Assembly: GCA_976551045.1 (NCBI GenBank)
Contig: CDPCPM010000010.1
Span: 1,488,001 to 1,552,000 of the forward strand
Direction of reading: 5' to 3'
Source of the DNA: Glaucostegus cemiculus
Taxonomy: Eukaryota
DNA: 64,000 bases
This document shows, one piece after another, positions 14,130 to 25,160 of this stretch; within the stretch, counting starts at the first letter, position 1; every line of letters starts with the position of its first letter. Made by a program: the position numbers and the translations under genes. Under the pieces are notes generated by a model. That model had not been told where the DNA came from. It saw nothing but the letters and a program-made list of their open reading frames with translations, and did not search any database.

Positions 14130-14830
14130 TGGATAATCAAGAGTGTAAGGTTATCCACTTTGGAAGTAAGATTATTAAAATTATAATTTAAATAGATTAA
14201 GATGACAAAAATTTGCATACAAAAAGGACCTAGAAGGTACTAGAGTATGAAGCACAAAGATCTGACATACAGGTGTGGCTAATAATTAAGAAAGCTAATG
14301 GATTGTTGGCCCTTATTACTACAGCAACAAAGTATAAAAGTTCGCAATTTTATTGGCCAATGGTGAGACCACCCCTGGAGTAGTGTGTATAGGTCTGGTC
14401 TTCATATTTAAGGAAGGAGGCCATACAGGGAAGGTTTGCTAGGTTAATGTATTATGAAAAGTTGAATAGGTTGTTCAGAAGAATGAGATGTGATCTTATT
14501 GAATCATATAAGATATTGAGGAGGAGTGACAGGATGAATGCTAAGAGTATGTTTTTTTTCAGTAGGTGTATCTAAAACTACTGCACTGTTTCAGAATTAG
14601 GGGTTTCCATTGAGACAAAGATGAGGATGAACTTCTCTCAAAAGATCATGAAACTTTAGAATTCCCTAGCCCAACGAGCTGCAGAGTTAGAGATATATTC
14701 GAGGCAATATTGACAGATATTTGAATTATATCGTGGTCAAGAGGAAGAAGCAAGGAAGTAGTGCTGAGGCCAAGACTAGATCAGCCATGATTTTATTGAA
14801 TGGCAGAGCAAGCTTGAGAAGCTGACTGGG
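14130..14830 (+). mobile_element. Old CR1 3' fragment
   Basis: gtaaggttatccactttgg, gtgagaccacccctggagta, gaatgagatgtgatcttattgaa, tagatcagccatga...gaatggc. Confidence 0.8.
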
Positions 14831-15203
14831 AAGAGAGAGATGGGAAAGAGAAGCATATTGCAGAGAGGAGGTTAGAAATGGAGGCTGTGAGTGATGGTGG
14901 GTGTGGGGAAAGAGGGAGAGAAAAGAGGGTTCAAAATATATTGAATGACTTGAATTAAATTCTCCAGATGCTAAAGGACGATTTGAGCTTGTGTAACTAG
15001 ATCGATAGTCCCAGTCCTCTGGCTATTTGCTCAGTAACTTAAAACCTCTTATTAATCCACTCCACTCATGATTGAAGAACTGAATCCAGACAGAATCATT
15101 ACTTACTTTTAAGAGAATAAAATTTAGAAGCTGAATTTCAGAAATACATTTCTTCTAATAAGTACAATCTGTTACTTACAACAGTTTTAACCCTTCAGCT
15201 TAC

Positions 15204-15401
15204 CATGCTGCAAACCATTTTTCTGATACATATTACTGGGCAATGTATCTCTATCCCATTCAGAAGGCTTTAACATTCGATCTTGTTTTGGTGGTGGAAT
15301 CAGTTGTTCACTGTACTCCCAGAAGTATCTTCTTTTGCTCCTTTTTCTGGAAATGCCAGTTAATGTGTCTTTCACATCATCGACTGTGTCATTTTCATAT
15401 C
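15204..15401 (-). CDS. CREBRF: CREBRF coding exon: (G)YENDTVDDVKDTLTGISRKRSKRRYFWEYSEQLIPPPKQDRMLKPSEWDRDTLPSNMYQKNGLQH
   Basis: ORF 15187-15411; 198 bp, ctgcag acceptor, gtaag donor. Confidence 0.97.
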
Positions 15402-15570
15402 CTGCAGACAAGAATCAATCCTTACAATGCTGAAGACATTTTGAAGAAACAGTATTACCACAAAACATTCACATCAGTATATTACAGAAGAGGAACATAT
15501 TAGGGTCAATGGACAGATGCAGGGCAGATGAATTTTAAAAGCGGTTAAGTGTGAAATGGCTATTTTAGTT

Positions 15571-16707
15571 AAGAAACATAGAAAAAACTATAGCACAATT
15601 CAGGCCCTCCGGCCCACAAAGCTGTGCCGAACATGTTCCTACACTAGAAATTAATATTAATGATTTAGACGAAGGAGTTAATGGGTTTGTGGCCAAGTTT
15701 GCAGATGACACTAAGATTGGGGGGGGGGGGGGGAGTGGAGAGAATTGAGGAGACAGGAAAGTTACAGAGAGACTTGGATATTCTAGGAGAATGGGCGAAG
15801 AAATGGCAGATGAGGTTCAACGTGGAAAAATGTGCAGTTGTACACTTCGGAAGTAGAAATGGACGGGCAGACTATTATCTAGAAGGAGATAAAATTGGAA
15901 GCACAGAAGTACAAAGGGACTTAGGGGTGCTTGTACAGGATAACCTAAAGGTTAACCGCCAGGTTGGATCGGCAGTAAGGAAAGCGAATGCTATGTTGGC
16001 ATTTATTTCGAGGGGTATAGTATATAAAAGCAAGGAAGTGTTGCTGAGGCTATATGGGGCACTGGTGAGGCCTCACTTGGAGTACTGTGTGCAGCTTTGG
16101 GCCCCATACCTTAGGAAGGATGTGCTGATGTTGGAGAGGGTTCAGAGGAGATTTACTAGGATGATTCCTGGGATGAAAAAGTTTACATATGATGAGCGAC
16201 TGTCGTCACTTGGACTGTACTCGTTGGAGTACAGAAGAATGAGAGGGGACCTTATAGAAACGTACAAGATGTTGAAAGGAATGGACAAAGTGAATGTGGT
16301 CAAGCTGTTTCCCTTGGTGGGGGAGTCCAGGACTAGAGGACACAACCTTAGAATTAGAGGAAGCAGGTTCAAAACAGAGATGAGGAATTTCTTTAGCCAG
16401 AGGGTGGTGAACCTGTGGAACTCCTTACCACAGAAAGCAGTGGAAGCCAGATCATTGGGGATATTCAAGAAGGAAATAGATAGATATCTAATTGGTCAAG
16501 GTATCAAGGGATATGGAGATAAGGCAGGGATTTGGATTTAGAATAGGTTTTTTTTTCTCTCTTATCCTCTTTTTTCCCCACCCTCCCTTCCCTTTGGAGC
16601 AGACTCGATGGGCCGACTGGCCTGCTTCTGCTCCATTATCTTGTGATCTTGTGAAATTACTGGGCATTCCCATAGCCCTCTATTTTACTTAGCTCCATGT
16701 ACCTATC
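15571..16707 (-). mobile_element. CR1 3'-end fragment split by the plus-strand CR1 insertion (pieces 15571-15653 and 16653-16707)
   Basis: agaaacatagaa...caggccctccggcccac is an antisense CR1 tail; continues ccatgtacctatc after the insert. Confidence 0.7.
15654..16652 (+). mobile_element. 5'-truncated CR1 LINE (RT C-terminal part)
   Basis: INDLDEGV...KFADDTKIG followed by ORF 15681-16541; 3' tail tcttgtga repeats; GAAATTA duplicated on both flanks. Confidence 0.93.
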
Positions 16708-17706
16708 TTGGAAGAAACAGGATCAGAAATATGATCTAAATAGCATGATGTTAAAGATGGTGGAGAAAAGGGGGTTGTAAGAAAACAAGTTGAGAAGAAT
16801 GTTAAAAATTAAATGGGATCCTTGGCTTTATGAAGGAACGGGATACAAAAGGAAGTTGCACCAAATCTTTTCTCAAATGGATGGCATGCTTTATGAAGGA
16901 GTAATGACCTTGAAGGTGTCAAAGATATATCCTAGAATGGCAGATAAAGGGCTTGATTATAATGGAGAGATAGGAGAAGCTCTTCAGAAGAGAGAAGGGT
17001 ATGAAACAGAGTCAACATTTCAAGTCCTTGCCCCTTCATGACAACTGGAAAAGTGAGAAAACATGCATGTTTTATGTTGCAGGAAGAGGGAGGAGTAGTA
17101 AGGTAATGTCTGTGATAAGGCACAGACCAAAATTGTCAAGGTAACAATTACCTGTCCCCATGCTGGCTTAAGCACTGCAGAAAATTTTAGACTTAGTCGA
17201 TATAATTTCTCAATACTTATACTGACCAATACTGCATTTCTTTCCTAATTAACATATATTTTCTTTTGGTTCTTGCTTCCATATCCTTGCTTACATAGAA
17301 CCACATGTGCTACATATTGGTCTCATCACTTTCAAATCGTTCTGAGCGTGGATGTACACTCTTCCTTATGTTTTGCATTTAAGCTTGGAATTTTTTTTAA
17401 AGTCACTTCCTCCCTGTAATTAATTTTTATTGAAAATAATAAGCTCCTCAAGAGGGTCCTATGACAAAATCATGAAGGAAACAATAAAAGATAAAGACAA
17501 CCTGAACCTAGAGATGTGGTTTAAACAGGCACATAATGCATGTATACTGACAGGAACAGATGAAGGTGAGTACATCTGTGTGCGTATGTGCAAGGCCCTG
17601 TATATGGTATAGTCACCAAATGATTGGATTCTGTGCTGCACACTTCACATAGCATTGTTATTGATGGTTTGAATGTTAGCCTTCCAGTTTGAAAACAATC
17701 AAGTAC

Positions 17707-18769
17707 CTGGTTCAGAGAAGGTATCACTGACATCATCATCCTTGTCTTCCTCCTCTTCATCATCTTCATCTTCCTCATTATCACTGTACTCATGCTCACT
17801 ACCAAATCCTTCATCATGGTCCTCATCATCGTCTTCATCCTCATCATCGTCTTCTGCCTCCTGTTCAATACTAGGAGACTGTTCATTCACACCATCAGAA
17901 ACAAACAAGGAATAATTATGCTCTTCCTTTTTCTGGGTGTGATCAGAAACAGGTGGTGATAACATTTCAACTGTTTCCGTTGGAGTATATAGGTCATTAC
18001 TTTCTTTGAATACTGTGGGTATTTTATTTGGGTATAGATTTTCTGCACTCTTTTTCTCCAGCTTCCTGGGTGTTGCTCCAATATCACTACAACAGGAATT
18101 GTCTGGTAAGTTGCTGTGGGTAACTTGGGTAGCACCCAAGGTTGATTTACCAATTGAAATGGGATTAATCCAGACTTTGGCTTTCTTAACAAAGTCTTTG
18201 TTATCCATGTGAACAGGACTTGTTTTGCTGTTAAGTGTTTGTAGTTTGTTGCTGTTGTCCAGAGATGCACTTGAAGAAATTGATCTGGCTATTTTTTGAG
18301 TTGTCTCAGGCAAGCAGGCATCTATACAGGGACTTCTGGCAGATGACACTGGAGGTGTTGCCCTATTTGCTGCAAGTTTTTTACCAGCCAGAGAAGAGGC
18401 TAATGAATTCTGATTTAAACTTTTTAGTAAGTCAGGATGATACAATGAATCTAAAACAGGTTGCGAATCTTCACAATTGAGCTGGGCCAAGGTAGGAGTT
18501 CTGCTGATGACTTCTTCATTTTGGTAAGGACTGGAAAAATCGTCTAGCCCAAGGAAATCCACTTCCTTGGTTCCCCAAATATCGTAGCTAGTTAATTTGG
18601 TATATTTTGTTAAGTCTTCCCAGCATGTGTCCCATTGCTCCCAGTTTGAAGTATAGGAAGGATCTGAATCTAGTAGCTCATTTAAAGGCTCTAAAATGTC
18701 CATGTCTTTACAGTCTTCCAAAGTAACAGGATCATCTCTGGAGCTGTGAGTGCAAGTCATTTCTCTATC
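17707..18769 (-). CDS. CREBRF: CREBRF large coding exon (DREMTC...acidic region...DTFSEP)
   Basis: ORF 17699-18760; motifs WEQWDT, DIWGTKEVDFLGLDDFSSPY, TPTLAQLN, KKEEHNYSLF, DEGFGSEH; 1063 bp, phase 0/1. Confidence 0.97.
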
Positions 18770-19147
18770 CTGGAAGAAATAAAAATATTCTATTAAAAAT
18801 ATTACTTAGATTCAGTTATAAAAAATAGAATTTTATCACACTGGTTTTATAATTTAATCATATTAGGGTTATTTAATCAAAATATACTCCATAAAGAACA
18901 AATTGACCCACACTATGGAATTAAAAAACAGCATGCTGGAAAGCTGGAAATAATCAGCAAGTCATGTAGCATCTGTTTATAGAGAAACAGGATTAACATT
19001 ATGGGTTAATGACTCTCATCTACCTGAAACATTAACTCCATTTCACACATCATTGATGCTGCTTGCCCAACTAAATATTTCTGTTTTCATTTCAGATTCC
19101 AGCATCTGCTGTTTTTTTTATTCCTTTTCAAAACCCACTACTCTTTT

Positions 19148-20085
19148 ACAGGGATCAGAGTTTGGACCACAGTTAGTCACAATCTATAACAATGGTTTGG
19201 CTGAGGGGACCAAATGTCATACTTCCAAGTTTGCTGATAATACAAAACTAGGTGGGATTACAAGTCATGTGGAGATTGTAAAAATGCTTCAAGGGGATAT
19301 AGACAAACTAAATGAATCGGCAGGAACAAGGCAGATAGACTATTAAGTGGAAAAATGCGAGGTCATCCACTTTGGTGCACAGAACAGAATAGCAGAATAT
19401 TTTTTAACAGGTTGGGAAATGTTGCTGTTCAAAGGAATCCAGTGTCCTTATACACAAGTCACTGAAAGCTAACATGCAATTAGAAGGGCAAATGGCATGT
19501 TGGTTTTTATTGCAAGGGGATATCAGTATGGGAATAAATAAATCTAACTGTAACTAACAGGGCTTTGTTGAGACTACACCAGAGTATTCTGTACCGTTTT
19601 GGTTTCCTTACCTAAGAAAGAATATATTTGTCATGGAGAGAGGGCAGCAAAGATTCATTAGACTGATTTTCGTGATGAAGAGTTTGCTGTATAAGGAGAA
19701 ATTGAGTAAGATAGGCCCATATATTCCAGAACTTAGGAAAAAGAGATGTGACTGCAGTGAAAATGATAAAATCCTTACATCCCTCGAATAGGTGAATGCA
19801 GAATATTTTCCTTCCTGAAACAAGGAGCACAGTCTCAGAATAAGGCACATGCCTTGGGATTGAGATAAACAAAAATTTCTTCACTAAGAATCTTGGAATT
19901 CTCTATCCCAGAGGGCTGTGGAAGCTCAATTGTTGAGTTTTGTTTAAAACAGATAGCAATAGATTTCTGGACATTAAGAGAATAAAGGACAGTGTAAACA
20001 GACATGAGAAAGAAGATTTGCCATGATTTTGATAAATAGCAGCTCAGGCTCAAAGTGACAGATAGGCTACTACTGCTCCTACACT
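19148..20085 (+). mobile_element. Old CR1 3' fragment
   Basis: QGSEFGPQL...SKFADNTKLGG in ORF 19053-19346, followed by CR1 3' sequence. Confidence 0.85.
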
Positions 20086-20451
20086 TGGCTGATCTCCAGT
20101 GGAACGTCAAACAGTTTATTACTTTTGTTCTCTGAACGACAAAGGCATCTCTCCCCCCTAACAGGCATGTTTTTGAAACAGGCAGTACCTGGTTTCATTA
20201 TTTATCACAACTGAATATCCTGCAAACAATCCATCTCTAGAATTTAGTATTAAGAATGGCCAATTGTTCAAGGCCTAAAATATAGTTGACAGTGATACAA
20301 CCACACCATATCAAAAACTTGTGCCTTTCAGACAAAAGAGAATCAGATGGTACAAAGATTTGGGGAATGGTAAGTGGTGAAAATAACTGGTAGCAAGTGA
20401 AGCAATCAGAGTAAACTAGTTATTAATTGACATCTGTAATATGAATCTTAC

Positions 20452-20577
20452 CAGTTCATATATGAAATCAGGATCTGAGTTATTCCCCAACAAATCTGTG
20501 CTGGTTAAGGCCTGATCCGAAAATGTGCGGTTACGAAAGGCATCCCCAAATGGAGGATCCATTCCGCTAACATTGGG
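20452..20577 (-). CDS. CREBRF: CREBRF coding exon: PNVSGMDPPFGDAFRNRTFSDQALTSTDLLGNNSDPDFIYEL
   Basis: Manual translation; 126 bp, ag acceptor and gtaag donor, phase 0/0; matches the CREBRF N-terminus. Confidence 0.96.
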
Positions 20578-21543
20578 CTATAAGGAAAATTGATGCACAG
20601 GGCATTAATGGAGTAGCAGTTCATTTAAAAAGTACAAAACTGAGCATTATTTCAAGTAATAATGTAGATGCTACTGTTGTAAAACCCCTATGCTGTATTT
20701 TTCCATAGATATTACTGTACTTCTTATAGATTCAGAGACTCATACAGAACAGAAACAGATCCTTTGGCTCAATTCATCCATGCCAACCATCCAGTGCCTA
20801 TCTACACTGATCCCATTTGCCTGAGTTTGGTACTTATCTCTCTAAACCTTTCCTATCCATGTACCTATTTACTGAAAAAAAATTCTGTTCCATCTACTCT
20901 GTTTTCTGAGTAAATTGACTATGTTTAGACAGTTAATGTGAGCTGATTCATATAACCCAGTCCTCCTCCAACTTAATGGTGTCATTGATGGTGCCAACAG
21001 ACATTCAAGAAATTTTCTAATAAATGTTCATTCCAAAAACATAATTACAATATTAATTATAAATTTAATTGTAGTATTACATTCTATTCACCATATTAAT
21101 ACCATGTATTTTCAAAAAATATGTGTATTGTTGGAAGTAAATATTATTCCCAGCTCTCAAAACACCAAAATATATTTCAAGACATAGAACAGGTAGCAAT
21201 AATTGTGTTGAGAATTGCAGCAAATTAATTGCTTTAACTTCTGAATTAAAAACTGATTTCCAAATGCATTTGCAAAGCAACATTGGAAGATATTAATCTT
21301 ATTTGTGCACACCAAATCACTATATCCATCATGCAGATTGTCTACATATTTATTCTTGCTACCGTCTATTCAAATTAGAAAAGAGGTGACAAAATCAAAA
21401 CTTTATTGCAAAGGTTAAGGTTCCAAAATGGTTGAAACTTTAATTCTTAAATTGCTACTTTAAAATAAAGACACGAGAGCAAGCGTGGAATGTCCTGCGA
21501 CAGAATCACTTTAGAATTGAGATTTGTATGATTACAAACCCAC

Positions 21544-21552
21544 CTGCGGCAT
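21544..21552 (-). CDS. CREBRF: CREBRF first coding bases ATG CCG CAG (MPQ)
   Basis: GGGAATGCCGCAG|gtgggt; CREBRF begins MPQ at the end of its second exon. Confidence 0.88.
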
Positions 21553-21721
21553 TCCCACACCCACATCTGCTTTATCCAAGAGAAATTTTTCCTTTTGTTT
21601 TGTTCGAGTCGTTTCCAGTTTTACTAAATAGTTGAAGTGACGAAGAAATGTGTCAACTTTAGTACACAAAATTCACTGTAATGAAGTTTCTCCCAAGATA
21701 ATTTTTTTTAACCTCACAAGC
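21553..21721 (-). other. CREBRF: CREBRF exon 2, 5'UTR portion
   Basis: Polypyrimidine acceptor tttatttctcctag at plus 21722-21735. Confidence 0.75.
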
Positions 21722-22499
21722 CTAGGAGAAATAAAGCCAAATTGTAATTAGAAAATTATCTCCCAAAATGTACTGCACTGCTCACTTAACTCATGACAAG
21801 AGTAATGACATTTATTTATATATTTTTATTTCTTTAAACCAATTTACTTATCTTTTCTTCCAAAGAAATTAAACTGCCATCCCATAATTCTTCACAACAC
21901 AAACAGCCATCCAACAGCATACTCAAAATCAATTTCCATGATAATTACTGCAGTACCAAAGTCAGACAAGTAATCCATATGAATGATTTTAAGACCAGGA
22001 GTGATAGAAAAAGAATGGCAATTGATGACAACCCAACAATAATATTTATTGAAGACTCTAAATCCTCAGCTATATTATAGAATATTCCGATATTAAGCTG
22101 TTTTATTATGGATATAATGGACCAACAAAATTAATTCTCTTCCTGGATGAACTTAAATCAAACACACTTTAATTATAATTACCCTGTGTGTTATCTTGGT
22201 AATATTTAATGAACAATAACTATCTGGTGTAAGAAAATTTTTTAAGATTCATATATGATAGACTGTGAAAATACACATGTAAAACTCACCTCTTCGGTAA
22301 GATACCATTAGTTTCCATCAAAATAAATACTGAAGTGTTTTTAAGCAAATATTTTGGCCAGGAATAGGAACAAATTTGACCACACAATAGTTAGTATGAT
22401 GCACTGCCATGAACCAGACACCAAACAATTATTTCTCAAATAATGAACTCGAATTGTTTTTCTTTCTGAGACTCCAACTCCTTAAAATAAGGAAGATAA

Positions 22500-22890
22500 G
22501 CCTGCTTTTGACTCAATTAGTTAGTAACGCTCATGTTACAATTCAGAAGCATGTGCTCAATTTCTATCATGCATTTGAAATTATTATCCACACGGTCACT
22601 TTACCACTACAAATAAATGGAGTGCTGCATTGTAGAAGAAACAGTCTTTCAAGCAGAACAGTATACTTTGAACCCATCTGCATTCACCACTGGATCTAGT
22701 GGAGGATCTCCAAAGAACACCACGCTGGTTAACGCTACCAAGGGACTACTTATCAATAAATCAATGAATGAGAGGTCTGCAAATATTTAGTTGATTGTAT
22801 TCATGTAACAATGGCCACTACATTTCAAATAAAAATGCAATTCAAGGATTTGAATTCTGTTGCGACATCCTGGAAGACATGACCATGCAC
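22500..22890 (+). mobile_element. Ancient DeuSINE-like element (SacSINE1/AmnSINE1 type)
   Basis: ggagtgctgcattgtagaag...gtctttc...cccatctgc resembles the Deu core as I recall it; L2-like tail actacatttcaaa...gacatcctgga. Confidence 0.5.
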
Positions 22891-23644
22891 AGTTAAAGAG
22901 GATTTAGAAATAAATCCTCAGAAATTATAAGCAAAAAGATACCAAGCAATTTGAGGGCTGATACACTGCAAGATGCAATGCACATGTGGCACAAATTGTG
23001 AGAATTTGTTTTTGCATGTTTGCATACATCAGCCCCTGCCAAGCTTCAAGATTTAGCACAAACCAGGAGCTTACCTGTGTGATCCATAAAGCATAAAAAT
23101 GTGCAATATAGTTTAATTCCTAAGCCAAGGGCTCTACAATTTTCTGAACTGCTCATTTCCTTGCAACTGTGAGGTTATCCCTTTTGTTTTCCTCAGATGA
23201 CGTCAGGGTGTGAAATTTTGGTAAAATAAGCTAGCTCGACACCAAAAGTGAAACACATCCTTCCAACTAAAATTAGCCTGGTCCTATCATCTGCCTTACC
23301 GACTGGACATCCAGTTCCTCTCCACCTCTATCTCTGACAAGGCCAATCTTCAGCTCCATCAATTCTTTCTTTAACAGGGAATCTACCATTTCCAATCATC
23401 ATCATCTTCATCATGCCTAAATGATCTGGTTCTCACACTAACAACTTTTCTTGTGACTGCAGTTATTTACACCATATAAAAATACATTAGCATGAAAGCC
23501 CATATGGGTCCAAGCAATACCTTTTTTGTGGTAAATATGGAACATTCTTTGTTGCAAATCTTTTCAAGTTCCTTGCCTCATCTCTTTTTCCAGTATATTG
23601 AGGACCTTATCGGTGCTATTTCCCAGTTTCCCCACAAAATGAAA

Positions 23645-23990
23645 AGTAGAGAGGAATAGCTAGAGTGGACAGCCAGTGCCCCTTTCCCAGGGCACCAATG
23701 CTCAAAACAGGAGGGCATGGCTTTAAGGTAATGGGTGGGAAGTTCCAGGGAGATGTCAGAGGGAGGTTTTTCACCCAGAGAGTGGTTGCTGCATGGAATG
23801 CGCTGCCTGGGGTGGTGGTGGAGGCAGATACGTTGGACAGGTTCAAGAGATTGTTAGATAAGCATATGGAGAAATTTAAGATAGAGGGATATGTGGGAGG
23901 AAGGGGTTAGTCTTAGGTGTTGTTTGAAAGACGGCACAACATAGTGGGCTGAAGGGCCTGTATTGTGCTGTATTGTTCTATGGCTCTATA
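23645..23990 (+). mobile_element. CR1 3' fragment, related to 30914-33280
   Basis: FPRAPMLKTGGHGFKVMGGKFQGDVRGRFFTQRVV; tail gggctgaagggcctg...tgttcta. Confidence 0.92.
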
Positions 23991-24274
23991 TAACCTTTGC
24001 TTAAAATTTTGAATCCTCCCTTGACTTCCCTTTACTTTTTCATGAAACTTAGTTGTCATCGGCTAAGCTAGCATTTATTAACATTCCTAACTGTCATTAA
24101 AGTGATGACAAGAACCTCCTTAACCTAACCTTCTACAGTGCTGTCCACTAGGGAGTTCCAGGATTTGACCCAGTGACAAGGAAAAAGCACTGATACATTA
24201 AACCACCAAAAAAAGTCTCCAACAACTAAGATTTGGTGTACTTCTTCAGTTATAGAAGGAAATGGCAAATACAC

Positions 24275-25160
24275 ATAGGAACAGCAATAGACCATTCAGT
24301 ACCTCAGGCCTGCTTCACTATTCAACAAAATTAAGACTAATGTACCTCTACACTATTTTCCTTCCCTATCCCCATATCCTTTGGTTCCCCTAATATCAGA
24401 AATTCTATTAATCTCCGATTTGAAATGCAATCAATATATTTGCCTCTAGTGACTTCCAGTGTACAGAATTCCAAAGATTCAACCTTTGGGTGAAGAAATT
24501 TATCCTTGTTTTAGTCCCAAATGATCTACCCATTATTTTGAGCTTGCCTTCTAGTTCCAGACTCTATAGTCTGGGGAAACATCCTCCCGAATATCTACCG
24601 TCAAGCCCTCTAAATAGTTTGTTTATTTCGACGAGGCCATCTCTCTCTTTTTCTAAACATTAGACAATAGAGGCTTAGCCCTCACAACCTTCTCATATGA
24701 CATATCACCATCCTAGAAATCAGCCTTTGCTGCACTCCCTCTGTAGCAAGTATATCATTTTCTAAGACCGAAAATGTATGCAGCACTCCAGGTTTATTCT
24801 CACCAAGGTCTTATATAATTATAGTAAGACATCTTTACTCTTATACTCAAATTGTCTTGCAATGAAGGACAACATACCATTTGCCTTCCTGATTATCTGC
24901 ACATTAGCTTTTAGTGACCATTGCACCAGATGTCTGGGTCCCTTTGAACATCAATGTTTCCTGGACTCCTAACATTAAATAAAACCGCTCAGCATTTCTT
25001 TTTTTCCTACTGAATTTTTCCACCTTGTACTCCATCTACCACATTGTTGCCCACTTATTTCGTCTCTATCCTTTTGAAGTCTCTTTGCATCCTCATCACT
25101 ACTAATTGCTTCCTAATTTTGGGTCATTGGTAAACTTGTAAACGTCACATTTGGTCCTAT
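24275..25160 (-). mobile_element. Old CR1 3' fragment
   Basis: Antisense CR1 hallmarks: cataggaacagcaatagaccattcag, gaattccaaagattca, tgggtgaagaaattt, aacataccatttgccttc. Confidence 0.8.

Noticed and set aside
17521-17915. Poly-Ser and Met/Lys-rich ORFs
   Set aside because: Antisense or alternative-frame readings of the CREBRF acidic D/E tract.
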